Of a DNA stretch of 64,000 nucleotides, positions 53,074 to 64,000 are shown piece after piece (positions within the stretch are counted from its first letter, which is position 1; each line of letters starts with the position of its first letter). The stretch is taken from the NCBI RefSeq assembly GCF_037042905.1, contig NC_087251.1, forward strand, positions 30,878,001 to 30,942,000, written 5' to 3'. A program made the translations under genes and the position numbers. Source of the stretch: Lytechinus pictus (Eukaryota). The notes beneath the pieces are model-generated. The model did no database searches. It was not told the origin of the DNA and saw only the letters and a list, made by a program, of their open reading frames with translations.

Positions 53074-53357
53074 GTTTTTTTCAGACCCGGTTGTTTAAAA
53101 AATTATAATATTAAACAACCGGGTCTGGAAAAAAAGACTTTGGACTTATATTATAATTTTTTAAACAACCGGGTCTGGAAAAAAAGACTTTGGACTTATA
53201 TTATAATTTTTTAAACAACCGGGTCTGGAAAAAAAGACTTTGAACTTATATTATAATTTTTAATTAACCGGGTCTGGAAAAAAAGACTTTGAACTTATAT
53301 TATAATTTTTGAAACAACCGGGTCTGGAAAAAAAGACTTTGAACTTATATTACAATT
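53074..53357. repeat. 49-50-bp tandem repeat (5 units) preceded by an inverted partial unit
   Basis: Unit TTAAACAACCGGGTCTGGAAAAAAAGACTTTGGACTTATATTATAATTTT starting near 53111, 53161, 53211, 53260 and 53310. Inverted copy at 53074-53110. Confidence 0.95.
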
Positions 53358-53520
53358 TATACTTTGCACTTTTATGCTATATGAAGGCATTTCTATAGGA
53401 TTTTAGTTCAGAATGATTCACAATGTTTTGGAAAAAGGTAGGGGCTGAAGTTCCCCCCCCCCCCTCCCTCAACTTCCGCAGCCATACTCTAAAATGTTTT
53501 ATCCTTGTCACAATGCATCG

Positions 53521-54011
53521 GGAAACTGTCCCCATCCCCTTGTTGAACGAGCACGATTTTATGTTGTGAGGGGACGGTATCACGAGTATAATATACTGTT
53601 GGAGCTATCCCCACTGCGTGCCAAACGAACTGTGTATCCCATAGCGTGGGGACTGGATCACGAGTATACTATACTGTTGAAACTGTCCCCACTGCGTGCA
53701 AAGTGAACCGTGTATCCCATAGCGTGGGGACTGGATCACGAGTATATATACTGTTGAAACTGTCCCCACCGCCGTGAAAATCAAGCTTGATTTCCCGTTG
53801 AGTGGGGACTGTATCACGAGTATATAATAGGGAGAGAACCCTAGTGTTTATATACAATGTGTTTCATTTGTGTGTGTTATCATTTTGCCACAGAGTTGTG
53901 CGAGAGTTGGAGACTGTGTTCTGGAGAAAGGAAGTGATTTTCATGCGTTCTGGTAGGTGTGATTCTAATAATCCCCACTTTAGGATTTGGGGACTATATC
54001 ACGATTATGCC
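53521..54011. repeat. Repeat-spacer hairpin array ending in a transposon-terminus-like sequence
   Basis: 43-44-bp repeats GGGGACTGGATCACGAGTAT..ATACTGTTGAAACTGTCCCCA at 53570, 53648 and 53726, partial copies at 53521, 53804 and 53989, separated by 34-35-nt spacers. Confidence 0.85.
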
Positions 54012-54062
54012 TTCTAATTTAATGGCATATGATTTATAAGTACCCATAATTTTTTTTTACAG

Positions 54063-57000
54063 ACAAAATACAAGGAAATAACTCACACCTCTAAAGAGCA
54101 GCAGAAAGAGATAGAACAGATAAAAGCAACTATTAAAAAGAAGACGTCAGAGCATGAGTCTAGTCAACAGAAGGTGCATCATTGTTCTCAGATACTTTGC
54201 AATAATTATGAACTTTTAAGTTCTACTCATTTTGTTTAAAAAGATGATAATTTACAAATAAGTTTTATTAGAATCATTTATAGGTATGTAGGGATGCTGC
54301 TTAACCCTAAAATGGTTGGATCAACCCCCCCTCAACATTTTCTGCGATCATTCCGCCGCACTAAATTTTTTGACCGCGCCACTCGCAGAGTTTATACTTT
54401 TAAGTCTCGTGCATCTTTTGAGACCAAATTTACGATGCCTGGGTACGAGGTTCCGAAATTACGCAACATTTCGTAAGCGCATGTCAGACCAAAAATTGTT
54501 CCAAAACGTGATTTTGTGTACAAAGTCAATGCAAATTGAGTTTTCTCATCTTATTCTTAAAGATATGATTATTTTTACTTTACACAGCTGAAAGCAATTA
54601 AGGTTGTGCAAAAAATCTGGTGAAAAAAACTAAGAAAAACAAAAGGTTGAAAAACAAAGAAATACATAAGAAATTCATAAAACAATAAAATACATAAGAA
54701 ATTGATTTCCAGACCAAAGTTTTTTTCAATTGCCATTGTTAAGAATGCTACAGAGAATATTTTTACCAAAAATTAGCATTCTAGGAGCTTTATTTAGTGA
54801 ATTAGAGCAAAAAGTATGATTTATGCATAAATTAGCATAATTAATTCATATAAAATAAAATCTCATTATTTTGGAAAATTTTACCATACAGCCTTGTAGA
54901 TTACATCACACACTACCAGCGTGCAAATTTTTGCGGCGCTTGCGCGATCGGCGGCCGAGATCTCGGCCACAGAACAGCCAAAAAAGCCCAGCCTAGTTAG
55001 GGTTAAACATAAATGCCAGTTTGGTAACAATCTAAAAATGTACCATGTACATGATTCCAGGAGTAAATGGGCAATTGCTGAGAAATAAGCATGCTGTTCC
55101 ATCCAAATAGTACACTTTCCTACATGTGCGTATGTGTGTCATTGTGGTCATTTTCACCTGAATTTTATTATTTTATGAAGTTACGTTTATGTAAATAAAT
55201 CAGACCTAGAGCCACCATGGTATGCTGACAATTAACCTTGATTTTAAAGACTTTCTACAGGTACGTAGTTTTAAGGAACTGTTTAGTTATCATCCACTTG
55301 AAAATGTTATTAGGTAATAAGTGGATTCAAATAATTTTTGAAAATTTGTTAGAGGTTTGGTAGTCTCTAGTCACCCCTATTGCTTTTGACCATCATAAAC
55401 TTGATTTTAAAAAATGTTTTGAAAGTTGGCATCGATTTATTGCATGTGTAAGTAATCCCTTGTGTTTTTATATTGCAGATTAAATCATTAGAACAGCAAG
55501 TAAAGAAATCACAGAAAACCATTTCAGATTTGAATGGTCAGGTGAATGATGTAAGTTGCATATAGTGATATAATACACACCCCTCCCTTTTTTTCTGACT
55601 GATATTATCCTGTTGATTGAACATTAAAACCAAAAGTGTGTTCAGGTGCCCATAACACAAAACTTGATGATTATTCATAGAGTTGATTTTTGTCATGTAA
55701 TTAATCATAAAAATTCATGATCATTTGCTAAGCTTAGTGTTGTAGACCCCAAGAATTCTGTTTCATGGAAATTTGCATTTATCTCATATAATAAGACATA
55801 TCAGTGCATATACTATTGTAAATGTGAAATGAGAATCTACACCAATGTTGAAAGTGTGTTATGTTTTGAAAAGATTCAAGTGAATGAGTTATTTTCATAC
55901 TTTTTCCAAATAATACCATTTGGTATCTGTAGTTTTAAAGCTTGTTGCTTTGATTTGTATAAACCTCAAACATGATGTGAATTTTTACGGTAGTGCATTA
56001 AAGTTGTATTTAATTAGACCTGTAAATGAATCTGAATATGTTCTGATCTCACTTCACAGCTGCAAGGAAAGGTGTATGCTGGTGAGGAAGAATGTTCTCA
56101 TCTTGAGCACAATATTGGTACATTAGAAAAACAGAAACAACAACTTGATACCAGCAAAGAAATGGTGAGGATACCAGTCTTTCATGTAACCTTTTATTAC
56201 ATGATACTTTTGAATAAGAAAAAACGACATACCTCTAATACTTTCATCACTATCCTGTTTTTCTGCATTTATTAAACTGCATGTGTAAGATCTTTTCCCT
56301 TCGAAATTTTCTGCTACAAATGGGAGGGTTGTACTCCAAATGTCATTTGTGAATGTATAAGGGCTTTGAATAATGATAAGTCTATTTATATAGTGGGCAC
56401 GTCGTGGTCTAGTGGTTCTGATTCTCGCCTTTCAAATAGAGGTTCGTAGGTTAGAATCCTAGCCATGGCGAGTTTTCCTTCAGCAAAGAATTTATCCACA
56501 CTGTGCTGCACTCGACCCAGGTGAGGTGAATGGGTACCCGGCAGGATTTATTCCTTGAATGTATCAGCGCTGAAAGGCAGCTCGAGCTAAAGCCGGGGTA
56601 ATAATATTAATAATAATAATGCGCCTTGGGATAGATTGTTTCTATATGGCGCTATACAAATGCCTATTATTATTATAGTGCAGCCGATCTAAGAACAAAC
56701 TTGGCTGTATTTATGTATCATATTCAGCAGAGCTGTCATATGGTTTATACATCCCTTACACTCAAATGGTATGTAGAAAAACCGTACAAACTTCTTTTAA
56801 TGAATTCATGGTTATCTTTCCTCTTGACAGCTTGAAGATGAAATTAAAGGATGGAATGAAAGGTGAGTTAAACCATTTTTGTTGTTGTTGGTTGAATTGA
56901 GTTTAGATTTTCCAAGAGATAAAGATTTCTTTCTTCAAAATTCCATATGCAATGCCAGCAACTACTCGGATGAAAGAATATTAATTTGATTCACTTTGCT

Positions 57001-60000
57001 ATGAAATTGATTAACTTTAGTAAGATGCATGGTATAGATGATAATCAATATGTGTACCATATTTAAATAACAGAGATATGGCTATAAAAAAGTTTTGCTA
57101 AATGATTACCATCTGTTTTCTAGACATTGTCATGACACATTGGATATAGATATATGTGATAGTTTAACAGTATTATGGTATGGTATTATTATTTATTATT
57201 GATTTTATATACTTGCAGAGTCTCCGAACTTTCAGAACAGATTAAATTGATTACAACAGAGAAGAAAGATATGGAGGAATCATTAACATACAAAGACAAT
57301 GAAATAGAGGTAAGTTTGGGAAATTTGCAAATAATAGCCAATTTTTATAGAGCGCTTTTCCCAGAATGGCTCAAAGCGCGTTACAGCATATTATTACCTC
57401 GGTCATTGGATTCATTTCAATCCTGCACGAAAAGTGCACAATTTCCACTCCCTGGGGAGCATTCCTTGCATTCATCGCAGCCTCTTTATGGCGCTGGCAA
57501 AATCAAACATACAATATCTTTCGCATCCTACCGGGTACCCATTTAGCACCTTGGTCAAGAGTGGCAAAGTGTGGATTAACGCCTTGCCAAAGGACGCTAG
57601 ACCGCGGTGGGATTTGAACACACGACCCTCTGTTTACAAGGCGAGAGTCAGAACCACTACACCACGGCTCTTCCACGCTCTGCAAAGAAAGAAAATCATG
57701 CTAGAATGATCTCTGAAAAATCAGTATTGTAGTTGCTTATAGTTCACAGCCTTTTAGTATATGATAAAATACAATTACTATTGGAATACATGTGGGACAA
57801 AATGGAGTCATTAATTGTCTCCAGAGCTCTTTTACTGGCATCTTAATTAGATAATTTGATGTAATTGTCATAGAAATAGTTGTGAGAGAAAGTATATATA
57901 TTTATGATACTTAGTTAGTCTTGTTTGTTGTAATCTAATGGATTAAGTGAGATGGAAGTAATGCAATGCAAATCAATATCACAATTTTCTGTTTTATTCT
58001 AGTCTCTTTATATGATATATTGCAATACATAATAAATGAATCTTATATTTGATACAGATATTGAAACACATCATGAATAAATCTTTTATTTATGATACAG
58101 GTATTAAAAGACTGTCTACTACAACTCAAAGGATTGGAACATATACAAAAAGAAGGACCAGGTATGAGGGCTATGTATTTTGTAGTAATTTGAAGATTAC
58201 ATTCCTATCTAACCCCAATGAACAAACAAACAAACAAACAAAAATAAACAGAAGAATTATGAAATAGAATAGCAACTGATGTTATACTTTTCTTTTTATT
58301 TGGAATTGTATTCATTTTGTAATATTTTATATCACTTTTTATCCGTTGTCCATTCGAATCTTATTGATGCATGCTGATAATGGATGAAGGTTTACAAAAA
58401 TACTTTTCACTTTGGAGATACTAAATGATTTCAATTTTGCCTAAAACATGGTGATTTGGTTGTGTTTTTTACTTGATTGCTCAGAAAGCCTGAATGCTTG
58501 GAATATCTTCTACCTATGAGGAAATTTATCAATCCTTTAACATTGATATAACTGTCTTGTGTTCTTTGCTTTTGCAGAGGTTGACTCGGAATCTAGAATA
58601 CAACAGCTTATGGATGTTACAAGAGTAAGAAAATTTTCTATTATAAAACTAATATTTAAATTTTTTATTCTTACATTGTGTAGAATCGCTTTACTTGATT
58701 TGAAAAATAGTCTACTTTCAGTGATGAAATCATTTTTTTGGTGTGTGTGTGTGTACGTAACCAGGCATTTGTTTTGCCTAACCCCTCAAATTTACCTATG
58801 ACACGTGATGAGCAGATATAAGTGAATCATATAATGCCTGGGCCCCGTTGCATAAAAGTTGCACTTTATCTTTGCCATCCAGTGGTAACTTCCATGGTAA
58901 CGATGCTCATCAGCCAATCAGAATCAAGGACTCTATGCAAGTTACTATTCGATGGAAAAGTTACAAAACTTTTCTGAATCAGGGCCCTGGTCTTGGTTCT
59001 GTGATGAGGATGATTTATTAAAAAAAAACGTATCTACACCTCTCTCTTATAAAAACAAATGATATGCATAATCCACCCGGGTTACCATTGAAACAATCCA
59101 AACACTCTCGACTTCCAATGGTTCATTTTGTGCATAGTTATTACTACCAATGCCCTCACCAACTTATCATTAATTCCTTTGTAACAGGTGAATGCTAAGC
59201 TATCTCTGATTCAGAAGGAGCGTGATGAGATACAACAGAAATTAGATGATGAGGTGAAGTGTGGACGAGATCTGGAATCTAAGGTAGGAATGCTACATCA
59301 CGAGATTGATGCACTGCGTATGGAACATTCCAAGGCTCAGAGTAACCTAGGTGAAACTAAGACAAAGATGGAGGTTCTCCAGGAGTACTTCAAGGGAAAG
59401 GAAGTCGAACTACAAAGGTAAGAAATATTTCTTGTACTCTTTCATATTTCATTTTCCCTGTTTAAACTATGTCAAACAAATGAAGGTATAGTTAAATCAA
59501 AACAGTGCAAATTTTACAAAGTTATAGATCCAACACCATATGATTTAATAGGTTATATTTCAAAGTAACCAGTTTCAAAGTTTAAAAAAAAAAATCTTTT
59601 GGTAAATGTATTTTTTTTCTTTACATTGTTACTGTGTGATATACTTAGAATTCATTAAAATCTTAATAAATTTTGAACCTTCATGAGATTCATAAACTTG
59701 AGTAAATGATGTCTAAAATTGGAAATATGACAAATAAAGATTTACATAGAAATACATGCAATTCTATCCTTTATCAGCATTTTTTTTTAAAAAGGGGACA
59801 GACATCACCTGTCACTGCAAATTTAGATGTTTATGCTTTTACAATTTTTGCTTCCATCTTATATGATATTTTAGAAAGATGAATTTTATAAAGATTAATA
59901 ATAAACTAGTACAGTGTATTAATGCTCAAAATTGGTTGCATCATTTTTCATTTCAATGGGTTTCTATCTATTGTACCAGGATAATCATTTCTTTATAATA

Positions 60001-63000
60001 CATGTATTTCACTGTTAATTTACATTTCTGTTCATTTTTTTTTCCATAGGAAACTTGGAAGAGAGGAAGCCTTGAAACTACAAAGTGAAGAACAGCTCAC
60101 ATCACTAAGTGAAAAGGCAATAAATGCTGAAGTAGATTTGAATAATTACAGGTAAAGTGCTCTGATCAAAACGCAATAAAATTATAATAATTTTGATTAT
60201 TGGGCAATTCCATAAAATAATGAACCATTGGCCCTATTCTTTTATTTTCATTTCATAACTATAGCCATGATAGTTTTGGAGCATTGGAGCATTGCAACAT
60301 TCCATATGAACTAGAAAATGGGGACATATCATTTCAGGAAAGACTCGCACATATGGGGTTGGTTGTACCTTTTATTGAATCACCCAATAATGGAAGTAAT
60401 GATAATGCAATTTCTGAAGTGCTTGCATCCACTCTGCATTGTGTCCAAGGGGCCATTGTCGTTGTTACCCTGGTTGAAGCCTAGCTGCTTTCCCAGTAAA
60501 AAAAGCACTTCAAGGAATAAATATTCCTGCCAGGTACCCTTCACTTCACCTGGGTCGCGTGCAGCTCAATTTGCTTAAATTTGTTGCTCAAGAAGACAAT
60601 GTTATGTCTGGGATTCAAACCCACAGACCTCTGATTGAAAGGCAATAGTCACTAAAGTGTACTAATAACAAAAATAAGTTTAACAATTATTCACTGAATA
60701 AAGCAAAAATTTACTAATTGAAAAGCAGTCAGAGAGATTCATAATAACATATTACATAAGTACATCATCTTCGATCTAATTTCTATTCCAGGCATGAGAC
60801 TAATCAATTATTTGTAATATTTCAAGCTCTCCTAAAATTACTGCTGTAAACAAATGTGAATGAAAGTATTTGCTTTGTTTTATATGTTTGTGTGTTTTAT
60901 AATTGAGGCAGTTCTTTCAGTGAAAACATGTTTTCAGGTATGAAAACATTTATAGATTATATTAAAATCTGTATAATTCTTTTCTTTGCTGTTTACCTTT
61001 TTTTTTTCAGACAACAAATTGCAGATCTGAAATCAGAATTGGAGAAATCTGAAAGAAATTATAAAACTCAGGTAAGGTTTATGGAAGTTCAGTTATGGAA
61101 TTGGGTTACATGTGTGGGTGGTTATCTTATAATTTGTTCCACTTTGGAATATTGTGATCTGCAATCATTTTATCATTGATTTTGTTGAATCCCACAATGC
61201 AGAGTACAGATGGTTGTAAAGATGTGAGGGTGAAGTTTATATTTGTGTAATACCATCAAACGAGAAAATTGAAGACAAGTTGTTTCTATTTTAGAAATAG
61301 AAATATGCAGTGAACTATATATTGCTTGATGTGTTATATCAGTAATGTATAGTTCATGTTTCAGTCTTTATTTTTGTCTTTCCAGATTGCTGCACATGAA
61401 AAGAAGACACATGAACACTGGGTAAGTGAAGAAATCCAACCAGATTGCTTTATTTCATTTTCTTCAATATACCCCCACATGTCTCCAAGTTGAATCTATA
61501 TTTGAGTTAATAACCCTTATATTTTATTTATTGTAATATACAATTCCCTTATTCCTCTTTAACATTGATGTCACATGTCTATTATTTGTAATGATCTTAA
61601 CCCTTTGATATTTTATTATTAAAATTGTAGACATACATTAATAACCAATTGTCAATGTTTCACTTGATTTTCTATATATTTCCTATAATGCCATAATTGA
61701 TTCATTGCTATCATTTCAGTGTTTTTTTTTATCAGTGAATAAATTATACAATTAGTAGTTTTATAATTAGTGACTGTTCCCTTTTGATAACTTAAATATT
61801 TCAGTTGTATTCATTTAAGTAAAAAAAATGTTTATTTATGTTACAAAGTAAATAATAAATATTTTATTTATTTCTTTAATACATATAAGTGTTAACTGTT
61901 TTAGAATGAATAAGGAATATTTTTTAAAGCTGTGGCAGATCCAGGTAGGGGCACATTTGGCCCGTGCCCCCCCCCCCTTTGAGAGGCACAAAAAAAATTG
62001 AGGGAAATATGTCATGCGTACGAAAGGTAAAGTGAGGACCTTTAATTTTTTTTCCTTCCCTCCCCCTTCCTGTGGAAAATCCTGGATCCGCCCCTGCTTT
62101 TAAGAATAGACAATTTCTTGGTGTTAGTAGATGCATTATGAGTAATGGAAAATGCAATATTCTTTTTAAATGTTATTGCTCTCATTTCCTCCATGACATA
62201 CAAGTTGTCTTCAAGAACGGCAGAAAGAGAGCTCCAGGAAGCAAAGATGGAAGCTGCTTCATTAAGACACAGGTAGGGATAGATCTTTCCATTTTATACT
62301 CTCAAGTCATTTCTTTTGTGAATTTTCATGATGGATACAGCACTCATTGGCCCGTATTCTCAATAGAGGTTTCAATTGTACCATGGTACAAAACCATGAA
62401 CTATGCAGGTATTGTGTATATATGATGACACTTATTTCATAGCGTACACTAAGATAAGTCTAATTATAAATGCAGGCCTGCCAACTATTCCTTTTTTCCA
62501 GGAGTTACCCGTTTTATCAACCAAAAAGAGAAACACTCTGTTTTTCTAATTATTTCAGATAAAAAATAAATCAGCCCATATACGTATTTGTGTGGTGGAG
62601 TATGCAGACATGCCAACTGTTCCCTTTTTAGAGTGTTTGTTCCTCTTTTTTGCTATGTATACGCCAATATTTTTTTTGTATGATTTGTTACTTTTTTTTA
62701 AATTTCCGATCAAGGAGTATGTGTTATTTGTTAAATGTCTGTAGATTAACAGAACTAGAAGGAAGGCGAGCTACATCTGAGAATGCTCCTCTCGTCAAAC
62801 CTCAGGCTGCAGCACCATCCCCAATGAGTGAGTACCTTCATCATAAACAGAGAATATCATGTCATGAAAACCAGCAAGGCAATCTAAGCAAATTCATTGA
62901 AAGATGACAAAGTTTGTGAAGTGAAACATTAGATAATGAAATGCTATAATTTTGCTTTAGTACCGACCAAGGCTTATTTATGGAATGAAAATACCTGTTA

Positions 63001-63838
63001 ACTGCTGTGAACTGCACTAAAGTATCCAACTGAATGAAGGAATATAATAATACCATGTAATTTCAATTTACATGAATTTGTTGTGACATAATAGATTTGG
63101 ACATCATGTAATTTGTGCCCTTTATAAGATTAAAAAGAGAGGATTGTAACATGTTATATTTGGTTATTTTTATATTTTTCCAAACAGGAGTAGTGTCTCC
63201 ATCATATGGACCAGGGTGAGTATCTATAGTATGTGTGATAAAACCGATCACATTAAAAATAAAAATAATAAATACCGACTGTTTAAACTTATCCCCCCTC
63301 CACTGACACTTGGTGTTTTGCATGCACTAGCATATGCTAAGTTATGAGTGAATTAATATCATCACTGGATGAAATTATTAGATTGATCATCTGTTTAACA
63401 ACCCAAGCTGGTGTCATTTGTTTGTTTGATATGTTTTTCAATTCAAATTACGCATAATATGCATTTCTCATATAAAATATTTTGTTGTATAATTCTTGCA
63501 TATTCTAATAATCAACACTTTTTATGGTCAGAAAGTAATTATTTCCTTGCATTTAAACTTTATTCTGCTTCTTCCCTTACAACACAGTGACCGAGGCAGC
63601 AAGATGTCCAGGAGAGGTGTGTATCTATTCCCTTTATCATCTATATCAGTGGATCTTGTTCAACATTTTGAATTCAACATTTTGGGGGGATGGAATATGA
63701 ATTGTGTTTGTAACTTATGTACAGTAAACTCTGACTGTAACAAATGACAAGAAATAGTAGTTGATATATCAGTGAGCAGGCCAAGGTCACCAGAGCCCTC
63801 CTTACAGAACAAAGGATTGAAGGGGGGTGATACACATG
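54063..63838 (+). CDS. MIA3: 5'-truncated duplicate of TANGO1/MIA3 (cytosolic coiled-coil exons), continues beyond window
   Basis: Exons 54063-54173, 55479-55550, 56060-56164, 56831-56862, 57219-57309, 58101-58161, 58578-58624, 59188-59417, 60050-60151, 61011-61071, 61386-61421, 62205-62272, 62745-62827, 63188-63215, 63588-63616 (plus candidate 63773-63838) mirror copy-1 exons from 5778 onward. All GT-AG sites and the frame are intact. Homology starts at 54012 (= 5727). Confidence 0.85.
54305..55002. mobile_element. piggyBac-like non-autonomous element, present only in copy 2
   Basis: TTAA-CCCTAA ... TTAGGG-TTAA. The corresponding copy-1 site near 6018 is empty. Confidence 0.8.
56394..56678 (+). 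mobile_element. tRNA-derived SINE shared by both gene copies
   Basis: Counterpart of 7443-7725 at the same intronic position. Confidence 0.8.
57332..57680 (-). mobile_element. tRNA-derived SINE, present only in copy 2
   Basis: TSD TGCAAA (57326-57331, 57681-57686). Empty site AATTTGCAAAGAAAG near 8370 in copy 1. Confidence 0.85.
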
Positions 63839-64000
63839 GTGAAAATACTTGCTTTTAGTTTCATGACGAAAAAAAAAATTATTTATTTATTTATTTTTCA
63901 TTTCAATTTGATTTATATTTAGATTATTTTGATTGTATTTATGAACTGTTGCTGGGCTTGCATCTATGGATTGCATGTTATTGTATATGTCTATAGAAGA

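Noticed and set aside
53570..53826. Bona fide CRISPR array
   Set aside because: Eukaryotic context, no cas genes, only three full repeats, and two spacers are near duplicates. Kept as a repeat-spacer finding instead.

Overview
AT-rich, intron-containing animal DNA. The repeat repertoire points to a sea urchin or other echinoderm (inference). Bases 1-17 kb hold the 3' 23 exons of a TANGO1/MIA3-cTAGE5-family gene (acidic luminal region, GxPW-led transmembrane segment, coiled coils, proline-rich tail). From 54012 to the window end lies a second, 5'-truncated copy covering only the cytosolic exons, with frame and splice sites intact. Between the copies are a nested stack of non-autonomous DNA transposons (25.6-38.7 kb, several with readable target-site duplications), a possible spliced non-coding transcript (40-43 kb) and a nearly intact AcademX-type transposase gene on the minus strand (DDE + XPG/PIN + Cys8, one nonsense codon, one frameshift) that appears spliced to an SGNH-hydrolase-like exon. 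The most striking feature is at 52.8-54.1 kb. A compact bidirectional-looking promoter is followed on the plus strand by an 11-codon ATG exon whose strong phase-0 donor would splice in frame onto the duplicated TANGO1 exons, predicting a new membrane-anchor-less TANGO1. That putative first intron contains a 50-bp tandem array and a repeat-spacer hairpin array ending exactly at the duplication breakpoint. All splicing is predicted by eye, and an uncollapsed haplotype or mis-join cannot be excluded.
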